From positions 868-64,867 of the IMG/VR virus record IMGVR_UViG_3300008107_000089: DNA of 64,000 nt. One strand, given 5' to 3'. The position numbers and the translations under genes are program-made. The notes beneath the pieces were generated by a model. That model was not told the DNA's origin. It did no database searches and worked only from the letters and a program-made list of their open reading frames with translations. The stretch comes from a virus. Lineage: Duplodnaviria; Caudoviricetes. The stretch's first letter is position 1; every line of letters starts with the position of its first letter. Shown here one piece after another: positions 1 to 10,508 of the stretch.

Positions 1-1230
1 AATTTTGTTCCGGAAAATGATAATTACCATCCTGCATTGACTAATTTAAGTCTAATTTATATTAGACCACTTAATGGTAGGAAAGGATATATGTTGTGTC
101 TTAACCACAATGAATCTCTTAATTTAGATAAGCAAGAGGTATTTGATTGGTTACTCAATAACACAGAACGTTTATGGTTATTAGATAAAAAGGATGCCTT
201 ACATTGGTTCCCTTACAATGATAAATTATTTGACGCCCATTTGTTAGATTTTGTTGACTTAACCCAGACATTAGGTAATGCCTGTATTTCTTACTATTAT
301 AGTAGCTACAAGCATTTGCCTAATGTCAATTGTTTAATCCCAATCAGCAAACATTTTGAAGAAAGCGAAGCAATATTCAATGCAACACTACCTACTATTC
401 GTAAATATACATTGCTAAATACACAATTCCAGTTTCAAAACTTCCGTACCGCATATGTGTTTTATCAAATCGAAAAAAACGGCGTAAAGGTTGATAAAAA
501 CTGCTTTATTGATTTCTACCAAGATAAGTTACAATACCCACAATACAATTTATTTAAGGGCAAAGTATACACTAGGTATAATCTACATACAACAACTTCA
601 CGCCCATCTAATACATTCAATGGCACCAATTATGCTGCATTAAATAAAGATAATGGTGAAAGAATATGTTATAAACCTGAAAATGATATGTTTATCGAAT
701 TTGATTTTCAGGGATATCACCCACGATTGATTGGTGAATTAGTAGGATTTGAATTTCCTAAAGATAGAAACACATACGAATATCTTGGTGAAATATTAGG
801 TGTATCACAGCAAGAAGCTAAAGAATTAACATTCAAACAGTTATATGGTGGTGTTTGGGCTGAATACCAGTACAAACCATTCTTCCAAAATGTAAATACA
901 TTTATAGATGGTATATGGGATACGTACCAGTATGGAAAATCATATTCAACTATAAATAAAACATTTATACCTGATGTTGAGATGACTCGCAACAAACTAT
1001 TTAACTATATAGTTCAAAGTACTGAAACATCAACCAATGTTGAATTACTAGAATTAGTATTAAGTCATTTAAAAGGTAAAAATACAAAATTAGTATTGTA
1101 CACTTACGATGCTTTCTTATTCGATTATGATAAAGATGAGAAAGGATTATTAGAAGAACTAACAAAAATATTACAGTATCCCGTTACAATCAAACGTGGC
1201 AAATCATATCACGGTCTAGAAAAAATATAA
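1..1230 (+). CDS. Family A DNA polymerase-like protein (5' end lies outside the window)
   Basis: Frame open from base 1. PolA-like motifs: TTTSRPS, FIEFDFQGYHPRL (motif A), AKELTFKQLYGG (motif B), LYTYDAFLF (motif C variant). Confidence 0.75.
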   Translation, partial: NFVPENDNYHPALTNLSLIYIRPLNGRKGYMLCLNHNESLNLDKQEVFDWLLNNTERLWLLDKKDALHWFPYNDKLFDAHLLDFVDLTQTLGNACISYYYSSYKHLPNVNCLIPISKHFEESEAIFNATLPTIRKYTLLNTQFQFQNFRTAYVFYQIEKNGVKVDKNCFIDFYQDKLQYPQYNLFKGKVYTRYNLHTTTSRPSNTFNGTNYAALNKDNGERICYKPENDMFIEFDFQGYHPRLIGELVGFEFPKDRNTYEYLGEILGVSQQEAKELTFKQLYGGVWAEYQYKPFFQNVNTFIDGIWDTYQYGKSYSTINKTFIPDVEMTRNKLFNYIVQSTETSTNVELLELVLSHLKGKNTKLVLYTYDAFLFDYDKDEKGLLEELTKILQYPVTIKRGKSYHGLEKI

Positions 1231-1239
1231 ATATTTATT

Positions 1240-1659
1240 ATGGAACAATTAAACGAACTAGACTTGAATAAATTATTCTGTACATTCACAACTCCATTGG
1301 ATTTGGAAAGCACAGTGAGCACAATCAATCGTCGTTACGCTATTATATTCAATAAGATATTTATCTTAGAATCTCCACAGAGCGAAGAATTGATGTGCAC
1401 ATATAATATTGATGCGGGAAATATGCAAGAAGCCCCAATGGCCAACACTATCCTATTGCATCGTAAAAAGGAAAGTAATACGTTATATACAATTAATGCC
1501 TTGAATACACTAATCAAGACGTTAAATAATGGTGTTTTAGATAAAGCATATATAGTTGATTGGAACCAATATAAAAACTGTATATTGCTTACTGATGGCC
1601 CTAATCTACGCAGATTAGACACGGCTATTCACAGAATTATAGATTTGTCTGCCCACTAG
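1240..1659 (+). CDS. Hypothetical protein in the replication block
   Basis: 139-aa ORF tightly packed between polA-like and SSB genes. Confidence 0.6.
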   Translation: MEQLNELDLNKLFCTFTTPLDLESTVSTINRRYAIIFNKIFILESPQSEELMCTYNIDAGNMQEAPMANTILLHRKKESNTLYTINALNTLIKTLNNGVLDKAYIVDWNQYKNCILLTDGPNLRRLDTAIHRIIDLSAH

Positions 1660-1691
1660 TTTGGCTTTCAAAAGACCCTGTCGTATATTTA
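1660..1691 (+). promoter_or_regulatory. Putative phage promoter, TTTGG-N17-CGTATATTTA
   Basis: Same bipartite motif recurs upstream of many genes (see findings). Confidence 0.6.
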
Positions 1692-1711
1692 ATTCTAAAC
1701 ATAAAATAGTT

Positions 1712-2536
1712 ATGGATTTATCATTTGTAAAACAGAAGTTAGCTGACAATGCTAACAAAGGCGCTAAGCGCGAAAAAATCGATTACACAAAAATTTTCTG
1801 GAAACCAAAACCAGGTAAGTACCAAATTCGTATTTTACCTAACAAATTCAGAAAAGAATGGCCATTGCGTGAAATTCAAATGCACTATGGCTTCTCTAAA
1901 GGACCAATTTTGGCCCTAACAAATTGGAGCGAATCAGATCCTATTGTGGATTTTGCTCAAAAGCTTCGTAAATCAGCTGATAAAGATGATTGGACATTAG
2001 CTAACAAAATTTCTCCTAAAACACGTTATTTCGCTCCAGTAATCGTTCGCGATGAATTGGGTGCAGGTGTACGTTTGTGGGAAGTTGGTAAATTGGTAAA
2101 TGATCAATTAATGGGAATCGCTGCTGATGAAGATTATGGTGATTTTACAGACATCACTGATGGTAGAGACTTTACAGTTGAAGCTGTTGATGATATCGTT
2201 GCTGGAAGAAAAAGTATTAAATGTACTTTACGTCCTAAAGTAAAATCAACCCCAATATCTGATGATGCTGATTTCGTTACTAAAGCATTAGATGAACAAC
2301 CAGATATCTTAGGTATTAATCGTAAGTACTCTTATGATCAATTGAAAGATATTCTACAAAAATGGTTGTCTCCTGAAGACGAAACAGAAGCTGAAGCTCC
2401 AATTGTATCTAAAGATGAGGAAGATGAAGAAGATGACTTCATTAAAGAAATGAATGCACCTGTTCAACCTTATTCTCTAGATATCAAACCAAAAGAGAAT
2501 GCTGCAGACAAATTTGATTCACTATTTAACGAATAA
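1712..2536 (+). CDS. Single-stranded DNA-binding protein (T4 gp32-like)
   Basis: FWKPKPGKYQIRILP, YGDFTDITDGRDF, acidic C-terminal tail ending FDSLFNE. ATG at 1712 lies downstream of the promoter motif. Confidence 0.75.
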   Translation: MDLSFVKQKLADNANKGAKREKIDYTKIFWKPKPGKYQIRILPNKFRKEWPLREIQMHYGFSKGPILALTNWSESDPIVDFAQKLRKSADKDDWTLANKISPKTRYFAPVIVRDELGAGVRLWEVGKLVNDQLMGIAADEDYGDFTDITDGRDFTVEAVDDIVAGRKSIKCTLRPKVKSTPISDDADFVTKALDEQPDILGINRKYSYDQLKDILQKWLSPEDETEAEAPIVSKDEEDEEDDFIKEMNAPVQPYSLDIKPKENAADKFDSLFNE

Positions 2537-2538
2537 AA

Positions 2539-3618
2539 ATGGCAAAAAAAGACAGTTTAACTCAGGTAGTATCTGAGTCCCTAAAAAAATCCTTTGATAT
2601 TGATGCTTTTAAGAAATCTAAATTCTTGGATCAATCTGTAAAGTTTAAACCTCAAAAATGGATTCCACTGTCTAAAGCATTTCAAGATGTACTGTCTATT
2701 CCTGGTATTCCGATGGGCCACATAACTTTGTTACGTGGTCACTCGGATACAGGTAAGACAACAGCGATGTTGGAAGCTGCAGTAGCAGCACAAAAGATGG
2801 GTGTATTGCCTGTCTTTATTGTTACTGAGATGAAGTGGAACTGGGAGCACGCCCAACAAATGGGCTTTGAAATGTCACCTGTAGTAGATAAAGAAACAGG
2901 TGAAGTAATTGATTATAAAGGATTCTTCGTCTATGTAGATAGAGGATCATTAAATACAATCGAAGATGTAGCAGCGTTTATAGCAGATATGCTTAATGAA
3001 CAAGCTAAAGGTAAATTACCATTCGATCTACTATTCCTATGGGATTCAGTTGGATCAGTACCTTGTCGTTTGTCTGTTGAATCTAATAAGAACAACAACG
3101 AATGGAATGCAGGTGCAATGTCTCAACAATTTGGTAACTTTATCAATCAAAAGATTATATTATCACGTAAAGAAAACCAACCGTATACAAATACATTTGT
3201 AGCCGTTAATAAGGTGTGGGTTGCAAAACCAAATTCACCTATGGAACAGCCTAAAATGAAAAATAAGGGTGGTGATACTATGTTCTTTGATTCATCATTC
3301 GTAATCACATTCGGTAATATCTCAAACAGTGGTACTAGTAAGATTAAAGCAACTAAAGACGGTAAAGACGTTGAATTTGCTAAACGTACTAAAATATCAG
3401 CTGACAAGAACCACGTTACAGGTGTACAAACTAAAGGCACTGTAGTAATGACAGTTCATGGATTCATCGAAGACGATAAGAAAGCGATTGATGATTACAA
3501 GAAAGAACACTCTAAGAGCTGGTTACAAATCTTAGGTTCAACTGACTTCGATGTGGTTGAAGAAGATGAAATGGAAGAAAATTTTAAAGAAGTAAATTTA
3601 GTAGACGTTGAAGAATAA
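2539..3618 (+). CDS. RecA/UvsX-like recombinase
   Basis: Walker A GHSDTGKT, Walker B LFLWDSVG, KMKNKGG motif. Confidence 0.85.
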   Translation: MAKKDSLTQVVSESLKKSFDIDAFKKSKFLDQSVKFKPQKWIPLSKAFQDVLSIPGIPMGHITLLRGHSDTGKTTAMLEAAVAAQKMGVLPVFIVTEMKWNWEHAQQMGFEMSPVVDKETGEVIDYKGFFVYVDRGSLNTIEDVAAFIADMLNEQAKGKLPFDLLFLWDSVGSVPCRLSVESNKNNNEWNAGAMSQQFGNFINQKIILSRKENQPYTNTFVAVNKVWVAKPNSPMEQPKMKNKGGDTMFFDSSFVITFGNISNSGTSKIKATKDGKDVEFAKRTKISADKNHVTGVQTKGTVVMTVHGFIEDDKKAIDDYKKEHSKSWLQILGSTDFDVVEEDEMEENFKEVNLVDVEE

Positions 3619-4633
3619 ATACTTTGAATTAATTTCAAGTATTCAACCTGATCAACGCACTCAATTAAGTTCAATTTTAATAATAGATGGTCTTAATACA
3701 TTCTTAAGATCGTTTATTATGATAAACCACATAAATCCAAATGGCCACCATATTGGTGGCCTAACTGGATTTTTAAAGTCAATTGGTTATGCTATTAAGA
3801 TGATCAATCCGACTAAAGTGATAATTGTATTTGATGGTGTTGGTGGTTCGAATGCTAGAAAGAATTTATACCCCGAATATAAGGCAAATAGAAATGTTAA
3901 TCGTATGACAAACTACTCTATTTTCTCTTCAAAGGAAGAAGAAACAGAGAGTATCAATAACCAAATGTCAAGATTAATCCAGTACCTAAAATGCCTCCCC
4001 GTTACTGTAGTAGGAATAGATGGATTAGAAGCAGATGACATTATAGGTTATTTAGCAGGTAAATTCGAAAAGCATTCTGAAACAAAATCAGTGACTATCA
4101 TGTCTGCTGATAAAGACTTCCTACAGTTAGTCTCTGACAAAGTACAAGTATACTCCCCAGTTAAAAAGAAAGTATACAAACCAAAAGATGTATTTGATGA
4201 ATTTGGAGTATCTAGTATTAATTTTATTAATTATAAGATATTATTAGGTGATTCCTCTGATAACATACCTGGTGTAACAGGTTTAGGACCTAAAAAATTA
4301 ACTAAACTATTTCCTGAATTGACAGGCGATAATGGAGTTACTTTAGAAAGCATTATAGAAAAATCAGCTGAACTAATTGAAGAAAATAAATTATATCTAT
4401 CTGTTGTAGAAAGAAGACACCAGCTAGAAATTAATAAAAGACTAATGTCTTTGAATGGAGATTTCTTATCACCAGACAATAAACAATTAGTTAAAGATTC
4501 ATTTAATAGTTCGTTTGAGTTAAATAAATATCTGTTTCATCAATTGTATGTAAACGATAAACTAGGAGAATCTATACCTAACGTAGACAACTGGCTTCAA
4601 GAAGTATTTGGTTATCTGAATTCTCTAAATTAG
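3608..4633 (+). CDS. 5'-3' exonuclease / flap endonuclease (T4 RNase H-like)
   Basis: LIIDGLN, VFDG, YPEYKANR, EADDIIG, SADKDFLQL, GDSSDNIPGV. Confidence 0.9.
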   Translation: MKNKYFELISSIQPDQRTQLSSILIIDGLNTFLRSFIMINHINPNGHHIGGLTGFLKSIGYAIKMINPTKVIIVFDGVGGSNARKNLYPEYKANRNVNRMTNYSIFSSKEEETESINNQMSRLIQYLKCLPVTVVGIDGLEADDIIGYLAGKFEKHSETKSVTIMSADKDFLQLVSDKVQVYSPVKKKVYKPKDVFDEFGVSSINFINYKILLGDSSDNIPGVTGLGPKKLTKLFPELTGDNGVTLESIIEKSAELIEENKLYLSVVERRHQLEINKRLMSLNGDFLSPDNKQLVKDSFNSSFELNKYLFHQLYVNDKLGESIPNVDNWLQEVFGYLNSLN

Positions 4634-4649
4634 ATTTATAAAATAAGTT

Positions 4650-5998
4650 ATGACAACATTAAGTAAATTAAATCAATACGGTCCTCAATTTCAATCCAAA
4701 GTTGTAGGAGCATTACTCACTCAAAAGAATTTCCTAGTAAACGTATCTGATTCGCTTGAAAAAGAATATTTCGAAAATCAAGCAAACCAATGGATCGTAG
4801 ATGAAATTCTAAAATACTTTACTAAATACCATACTGTACCTACAATGGAGGTATTGGCTACTGAAGTAAAGAAAATAGAAAACGAAGTATTGAAAATTGC
4901 TATCACTGAAGGTTTAAGAGAAGCATATAAAGAGTCTCAATCAAGTGATTTAGATTGGGTGGAAAATGAATTTACTAGCTTCTGTAAAAACCAACAGATG
5001 AAGAAAGCAATTATGACATCAGTCGATTTGCTTAATCTAGGTGATTATGATGGAATCCGATTCTTAATTAATGGTGCATTAAAAGCAGGCGAAGATAAAA
5101 ATATTGGTCACGAATATGATAAAGATGTAGAATCAAGATATCGTGAAGATGATCGTAATGCAATACCATTCCCTTGGAAAACATTTAATGATTTAACACA
5201 GGGCGGTATGGGCAAAGGCGATCTAGTATTAGTATTCGGTAATCCAGGTGGTGGTAAATCATGGGCCGTTGTAGCAATGGGCGCTTATGCCGCAGCATTA
5301 GGTTATAATGTGGTACATTACTCACTAGAATTAGCTGAAGGATATGTAGGTAAACGTTATGATGCGGTATTTACAGGAATACCAGTTGACCAATTAGATA
5401 AACATCGCAGTAAGGTTGAGGAAACAATTAGTAAAGTGCGTGGAAAGGTAGTTATTAAGGAGTTCCCGCCTAAAAGCGCATCGTTTGATACAATTAATGC
5501 TCACCTACAACAATTAGAATTACAACACGATTTCAAACCCGATCTGATTATCATTGACTATTTAGATTACGTTAGAACTAAAGGTAAAAAAGAACGTAAA
5601 GATGAAATTGATGATGTTTATGTTGGAGCTAAAGCATTAGCTAAAGAATTAGGAATACCAGTGATATCACCTTCACAAGCAAATAGAAGTGCTGCAAAAT
5701 CAGACATTATTGAAGGCGATAATGCAGCTGGTTCATATGATAAAATTATGATTGGAGATATCATATTATCTCTAGCTCGTAAGAAAAAAGATAAAGTAAA
5801 CGGAACAGGACGTTGGCAGATGGATTAACGTTTGGTTCTAAAATAGACACGTCAACAGGAAAAATAGATGTATACGAAACCCCATTAGATGAGGATGACG
5901 ATGATGATTCTCGCCCTGTCAATGCTTACAGTAATGTAAACACTGATGATAGAGACTATCTTCAACAAAAGTTTTTTGAACTTGGTGGAGGCCAATAG
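4650..5998 (+). CDS. Replicative DnaB/gp41-like helicase, split by a frameshift near 5817
   Basis: Walker A GNPGGGKS, SLEL, IIIDYLD, SQANR. The C-terminus continues in another frame (ADGLTFGSKIDT..., ORF 5813-5998). Confidence 0.85.
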
Positions 5999-6033
5999 TA
6001 TATACTATATTTATAAACACAATCTAAAAGCAT

Positions 6034-6294
6034 ATGGTAAAGGTTAAAAGGTTCACGGCTACTTGGTGTGGTCCGTGTAAGCAACTATCTCCTCTTTTCG
6101 AACAATTAAAGTCGGAAATTGCAGAAGCTAGTTTTGAAACAATAGATGTAGATCAAAATAGAGAAGAAGTTATGAACTATATGGTTACTTCTGTTCCAAC
6201 AGTAGTAATTGAAAAGGATGGAGAAATGATAAAACGCTTTGTTGGAATCCAACCTAAATCTAGTTACGTTAACACAATTAAGTCACTTATTTAA
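6034..6294 (+). CDS. trxA: Thioredoxin
   Basis: WCGPC active site and a cis-Pro motif (SVPT). Confidence 0.92.
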   Translation: MVKVKRFTATWCGPCKQLSPLFEQLKSEIAEASFETIDVDQNREEVMNYMVTSVPTVVIEKDGEMIKRFVGIQPKSSYVNTIKSLI

Positions 6295-6306
6295 AACAGA
6301 ACAAAA

Positions 6307-8157
6307 ATGGATGTAACGCAAAGTATCCTTAGCGAGATCACTACATACATGAAGTACGCTAAATTTAGACCAGAATTAAACAGAAGAGAAACATGGGAAG
6401 AATTAGTTACGAGAAATAAAGAAATGCATCAAACTAAATTCCCACAATTAAAAGATGAAATCGAAGAAGCTTATAAACTTGTATACGATAAAAAAGTATT
6501 ACCATCAATGCGTTCATTACAGTTCGCAGGTAAACCCATTGAACTTAATAATACTCGTATATTTAATTGCTCTTTTCTTCCTATTGATGACTGGAGAGCA
6601 TTCAGCGAAATAATGTTTCTATTATTGAGCGGAACAGGAGTAGGATACTCAGTACAAACACATCACATTGAACAATTACCTGAAATTAAGGTACCAACTA
6701 AACATAAAAGATATTTAGTAGGCGATAGTATTGAAGGATGGGCTGACGCCGTTAGAATGCTTTGTAAAGCATATTTTACAGGTGCCCCATTACCATTATT
6801 TGATTTTAGAGATATTAGACCAAAAGGCGCTCAGTTAATCACTGTAGGTGGTAAAGCACCTGGTCCTGAGCCATTGAAAGAATGTTTATTCCAATTAGCT
6901 AAAATATTTGAACGTAAGAAAAATGGTGATAAATTATCATCAGTAGAGGTTCATGATATGGCTTGTCATATTGCAGATGCAGTATTATCAGGTGGTATTA
7001 GAAGAGCAGCATTGATCTCATTATTCGATTTAGATGATGAAGAAATGTTAACGTGTAAATTTGGAAATTGGTGGGAAGAAAACCCTCAACGTGGTCGCTC
7101 TAATAACTCAGCAGTAGTATTACGTCATAAAATTGATGAAGAAGAATTCTTTAAACTATGGAAGAAAATTGAACTAAGTGGATCTGGTGAACCAGGCATT
7201 TATTTCAGTAATGATAAAGATTGGGGTACAAACCCATGTTGTGAAATTGCTTTACGTCCGTTCCAATTCTGTAACTTATGTGAAGTAAACGTTTCAAACA
7301 TCGAATCACAAGAAGACCTAAATGAAAGAGTACGTGTAGGTGCATTCATCGGTACATTACAAGCAGCATATACTAACTTCCACTACCTAAGAGATGTATG
7401 GCAGAAAACAACTGAAAAAGACGCTTTATTAGGTGTTGGTATGACAGGCATTGGATCAGGAGCTATCTTAAAGTATGACTTAAAGAAAGCAGCTGATTTA
7501 GCTAAAGAAGAAAATGCTCGTGTTGCTGAAATAATCGGTGTTAATAAAGCAGCTCGTGTAACTACAGTTAAACCATCAGGTACTTCATCATTAGTATTAG
7601 GTACATCATCAGGTATTCATGCTTGGCACAATGATTTCTATATTAGACGCATTCGTGTAGGTAAGAACGAGGCTATTTATAACTATTTAGCTGTTAACCA
7701 CCCTGAATTAGTAGAAGATGATTTCTTCAAACCAACAATCCAAGCTGTAATTTCAGTACCTCAAAAGGCACCAGTAGGTTCTATTTTAAGAACTGAAAAT
7801 GTAATTGATATGTTAGAGCGTACTAAGAGATTTAATATGCAGTGGGTTAAGAAAGGACATCGTAAAGGTGCTAATACAAATAACGTATCAGCTACTGTAT
7901 CAATTAAAGAAGGTGAGTGGGAACAAGTAGGACAGTGGATGTGGGAAAACAGAAACACATTTAATGGCTTATCAGTATTACCTTATTTCGGAGGTACATA
8001 TACTCAAGCACCATTTGAAGATATTACTGAAGAACAATTCAATGAAATGGCTCAACATTTACATTCAATTGATTTAAGTAAAGTAGTTGAATTTAGTGAT
8101 GAAACAGCATTGATGGACCAAGCTGCGTGCGCAGGAGGAGCTTGTGAAATAGTGTAA
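6307..8157 (+). CDS. nrdJ: Class II (B12-dependent) ribonucleotide reductase
   Basis: TNPCCEI, FCNLCE, TTVKPSGT, C-terminal CAGGACE; no beta-subunit gene adjacent. Confidence 0.85.
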   Translation: MDVTQSILSEITTYMKYAKFRPELNRRETWEELVTRNKEMHQTKFPQLKDEIEEAYKLVYDKKVLPSMRSLQFAGKPIELNNTRIFNCSFLPIDDWRAFSEIMFLLLSGTGVGYSVQTHHIEQLPEIKVPTKHKRYLVGDSIEGWADAVRMLCKAYFTGAPLPLFDFRDIRPKGAQLITVGGKAPGPEPLKECLFQLAKIFERKKNGDKLSSVEVHDMACHIADAVLSGGIRRAALISLFDLDDEEMLTCKFGNWWEENPQRGRSNNSAVVLRHKIDEEEFFKLWKKIELSGSGEPGIYFSNDKDWGTNPCCEIALRPFQFCNLCEVNVSNIESQEDLNERVRVGAFIGTLQAAYTNFHYLRDVWQKTTEKDALLGVGMTGIGSGAILKYDLKKAADLAKEENARVAEIIGVNKAARVTTVKPSGTSSLVLGTSSGIHAWHNDFYIRRIRVGKNEAIYNYLAVNHPELVEDDFFKPTIQAVISVPQKAPVGSILRTENVIDMLERTKRFNMQWVKKGHRKGANTNNVSATVSIKEGEWEQVGQWMWENRNTFNGLSVLPYFGGTYTQAPFEDITEEQFNEMAQHLHSIDLSKVVEFSDETALMDQAACAGGACEIV

Positions 8158-8158
8158 T

Positions 8159-8365
8159 ATGCAACCTCATTATAGAGATGGTTTTATTGAAAATATTCAC
8201 TACTACAAAGAAGGTAGTAACATAATATTTAAAGAATTATTTCATATACAAAGAGGGCAGTGCTGCGGCAACGGATGTCGTCACTGCCCCTTTGATATTA
8301 AGCATAAAAAGGGAAGAGTGGTAGTGGCAAAAGAATTTCGTAAATTGATTGATAAAGAAGAATAA
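8159..8365 (+). CDS. Small Cys-rich protein (DUF5522-like)
   Basis: RGQCCGNGCRHCP motif. Confidence 0.6.
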   Translation: MQPHYRDGFIENIHYYKEGSNIIFKELFHIQRGQCCGNGCRHCPFDIKHKKGRVVVAKEFRKLIDKEE

Positions 8366-8366
8366 A

Positions 8367-8558
8367 ATGGATCCAAATAGAATGCACGAACGAGTGCTTG
8401 AAATACAAAAGAACATAGAAACAGCATCACCAGAAGAACAAACAAACATGTTATCTGAACTATTAGACATTGCTTCTAGAATAGAGCAATCGCTTGCTGA
8501 AATTGGAGATGAAATCAATATTGATGAAGAACAAATAGAAGAAGAAGATGAAGAGTAA
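8367..8558 (+). CDS. Small acidic hypothetical protein
   Basis: ORF with ATG at 8367, coupled to neighbouring genes. Confidence 0.5.
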   Translation: MDPNRMHERVLEIQKNIETASPEEQTNMLSELLDIASRIEQSLAEIGDEINIDEEQIEEEDEE

Positions 8559-8754
8559 TTTTGAAATGATCGCCCATATTGTTGGGTTACTAATATTAGC
8601 AGCAATGCTGTTTGGTATGCCTTTACAATTACTATGGAATTGGTTAATGCCACGTTTATTTGATCTCCCATACATTACGTTTTGGGAAGCATGTGGAATA
8701 AACTTAATGGCTGGAATATTATTTAGATCAAATATTACAGTAAAAAAGAATTAA
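8548..8754 (+). CDS. Small membrane protein
   Basis: Two hydrophobic segments; LWNWLMP motif. Confidence 0.55.
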   Translation: MKSNFEMIAHIVGLLILAAMLFGMPLQLLWNWLMPRLFDLPYITFWEACGINLMAGILFRSNITVKKN

Positions 8755-8755
8755 T

Positions 8756-9226
8756 ATGTCAAAGTTTCAATCAACAAAGTTGTTTGACGGTTTCAGCACA
8801 GTATTCCGTCAGTGGAAAGCAGAAGGAACACATTGTCGTTTCCTTCATGGTTATGGAGTAGCATTTAGAGTATGGTTCGAAGGCGAACTAGACGAACGTA
8901 ATTGGGTTTGGGATTTCGGAGGCATGAAACGTGCTAAAGGTACCATTGATGGTATGAATCCTAAAGCATGGATGGATCATATGTTTGATCACACTACAGT
9001 AGTAGCAGAAGATGATCCAGGATTGAATGGTTTTAAAACAATGAATGAATTAGGAATTGTACAATTAAGAATACTTCCAGCTGTTGGGGCAGAGCAGTTT
9101 GCAAAATATGTTTTTGAGAAATTGAACACATTTGTTCAAGAAGAAACTAGCGGTAGAGTAAAAGTTGTAAGAGTAGAATTTATGGAAAACAACAAAAACA
9201 CCGCTATATATGAACAAACGAACTAA
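8756..9226 (+). CDS. queD: 6-carboxytetrahydropterin synthase
   Basis: HCRFLHGY, WVWDFG, FDHT and a C-terminal E-N-x-x-N-x-A motif. Confidence 0.85.
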   Translation: MSKFQSTKLFDGFSTVFRQWKAEGTHCRFLHGYGVAFRVWFEGELDERNWVWDFGGMKRAKGTIDGMNPKAWMDHMFDHTTVVAEDDPGLNGFKTMNELGIVQLRILPAVGAEQFAKYVFEKLNTFVQEETSGRVKVVRVEFMENNKNTAIYEQTN

Positions 9227-9485
9227 AAAAGCTCAACGCAAACAAATTATTGAACAAAACCCACCATTGTATCTTAGTGAAGGACATTGGGAGGAAGCTA
9301 TGTTGGAAAACAACAGTTATTATGATATTGATTTGCTTCACAAACACAACAAACCAATTTATAAAAGAATTGAAAATTGGGAGAAAAAGTATGATGAAGC
9401 ATCTAGTTGGTTAGGTAAATGGTATTGTCAAATTAGAATAGATAAAGAAAGAGCAAAAATAAAACATTATGAAAGTAAGTCATGA
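9210..9485 (+). CDS. Hypothetical protein
   Basis: 91-aa ORF overlapping both neighbours. Confidence 0.5.
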   Translation: MNKRTKKAQRKQIIEQNPPLYLSEGHWEEAMLENNSYYDIDLLHKHNKPIYKRIENWEKKYDEASSWLGKWYCQIRIDKERAKIKHYESKS

Positions 9486-10257
9486 GTTGCCTCTAGGCCT
9501 AATGCATAACGCTTATAAGTGGAATGATTATGATTATTGTCTTCCACATTTACTAGATCAGTACGAACAGTACAAATTATTCTTTCAAAAATCTAAAAAA
9601 GACAAACGATTCATTATCATGGATAATGGATTATTTGAAGGAGTAACCCATACAACAGAAGATTTACTATCTAAAATTGAATGGTTACAACCAAATATAT
9701 TCATTGTGCCTGACGCTTGGAATGATTCAACTATAACATTACGTAATGCTAAAAGTTGGATGATTAATTACAAACAGAGCTTACCTGCAGGCGTTAATTT
9801 AATGGCTGTGTGTCAAGGTAAAGATATGGGTGAACTAGTATCAACATACCAAATATTAGTTGATTTAGGTTATACCCATATTGCGTTTAATCACTCTAGC
9901 ATTGCTTATGAAGAAGCATACCCAGGTGAGATGCCAAAACTGAAAAAACAGATGTATGGTAGAATGGAGTTTATTAGACGATTAGTTGAAAGCGGTTCTA
10001 TCCGTAAAAGTCATTACCACCATCTATTAGGCTGTTCATTACCTCAGGAATTTATGGCATATGGAGATTGGCCGTTTATTCGCTCATGTGATACGTCTAA
10101 TCCAATTTTAGTTGGAGCTGAGGGTGTTCGTTATACAGATAGTGGAATCAATTTCAAACCAGAACATAAATTAGAACATTATTTTGAGAAAGATTTGGAA
10201 GACAAATTAGAAGATATTATATTTAACGTACAAAGATTTAAAACATATATAAAATAA
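9469..10257 (+). CDS. TGT/DpdA-like TIM-barrel transglycosylase (putative deazaguanine insertase)
   Basis: IIMDNGLFE (compare DSGGF), MAVCQG, HHLLGC, RSCDTS in TGT order; lies between queD and queC. Confidence 0.6.
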   Translation: MKVSHELPLGLMHNAYKWNDYDYCLPHLLDQYEQYKLFFQKSKKDKRFIIMDNGLFEGVTHTTEDLLSKIEWLQPNIFIVPDAWNDSTITLRNAKSWMINYKQSLPAGVNLMAVCQGKDMGELVSTYQILVDLGYTHIAFNHSSIAYEEAYPGEMPKLKKQMYGRMEFIRRLVESGSIRKSHYHHLLGCSLPQEFMAYGDWPFIRSCDTSNPILVGAEGVRYTDSGINFKPEHKLEHYFEKDLEDKLEDIIFNVQRFKTYIK

Positions 10258-10263
10258 ACAGTT

Positions 10264-10449
10264 ATGAATTACGTTTCGCTTTATGATTATTTAGGCCGTG
10301 CTGCAGGAAAACAATTAGGTAAAGAGGTAGCAGCAACAGCAGCATCAATGGGAATCCAAGCTAGAACAAGACAAGTATCTAACCCTGCATATACAGGTTT
10401 AGTATGTCTATACCCAGAAACATTCTTATCATTATACTTTAAAAAGTAA
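10264..10449 (+). CDS. Small hypothetical protein
   Basis: 61-aa ORF. Confidence 0.5.
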   Translation: MNYVSLYDYLGRAAGKQLGKEVAATAASMGIQARTRQVSNPAYTGLVCLYPETFLSLYFKK

Positions 10450-10508
10450 CGCTTGAACGAGAAGTAAGCGTTTAATAAATAAATACATTCTCAAACAATT
10501 TAATTTAA

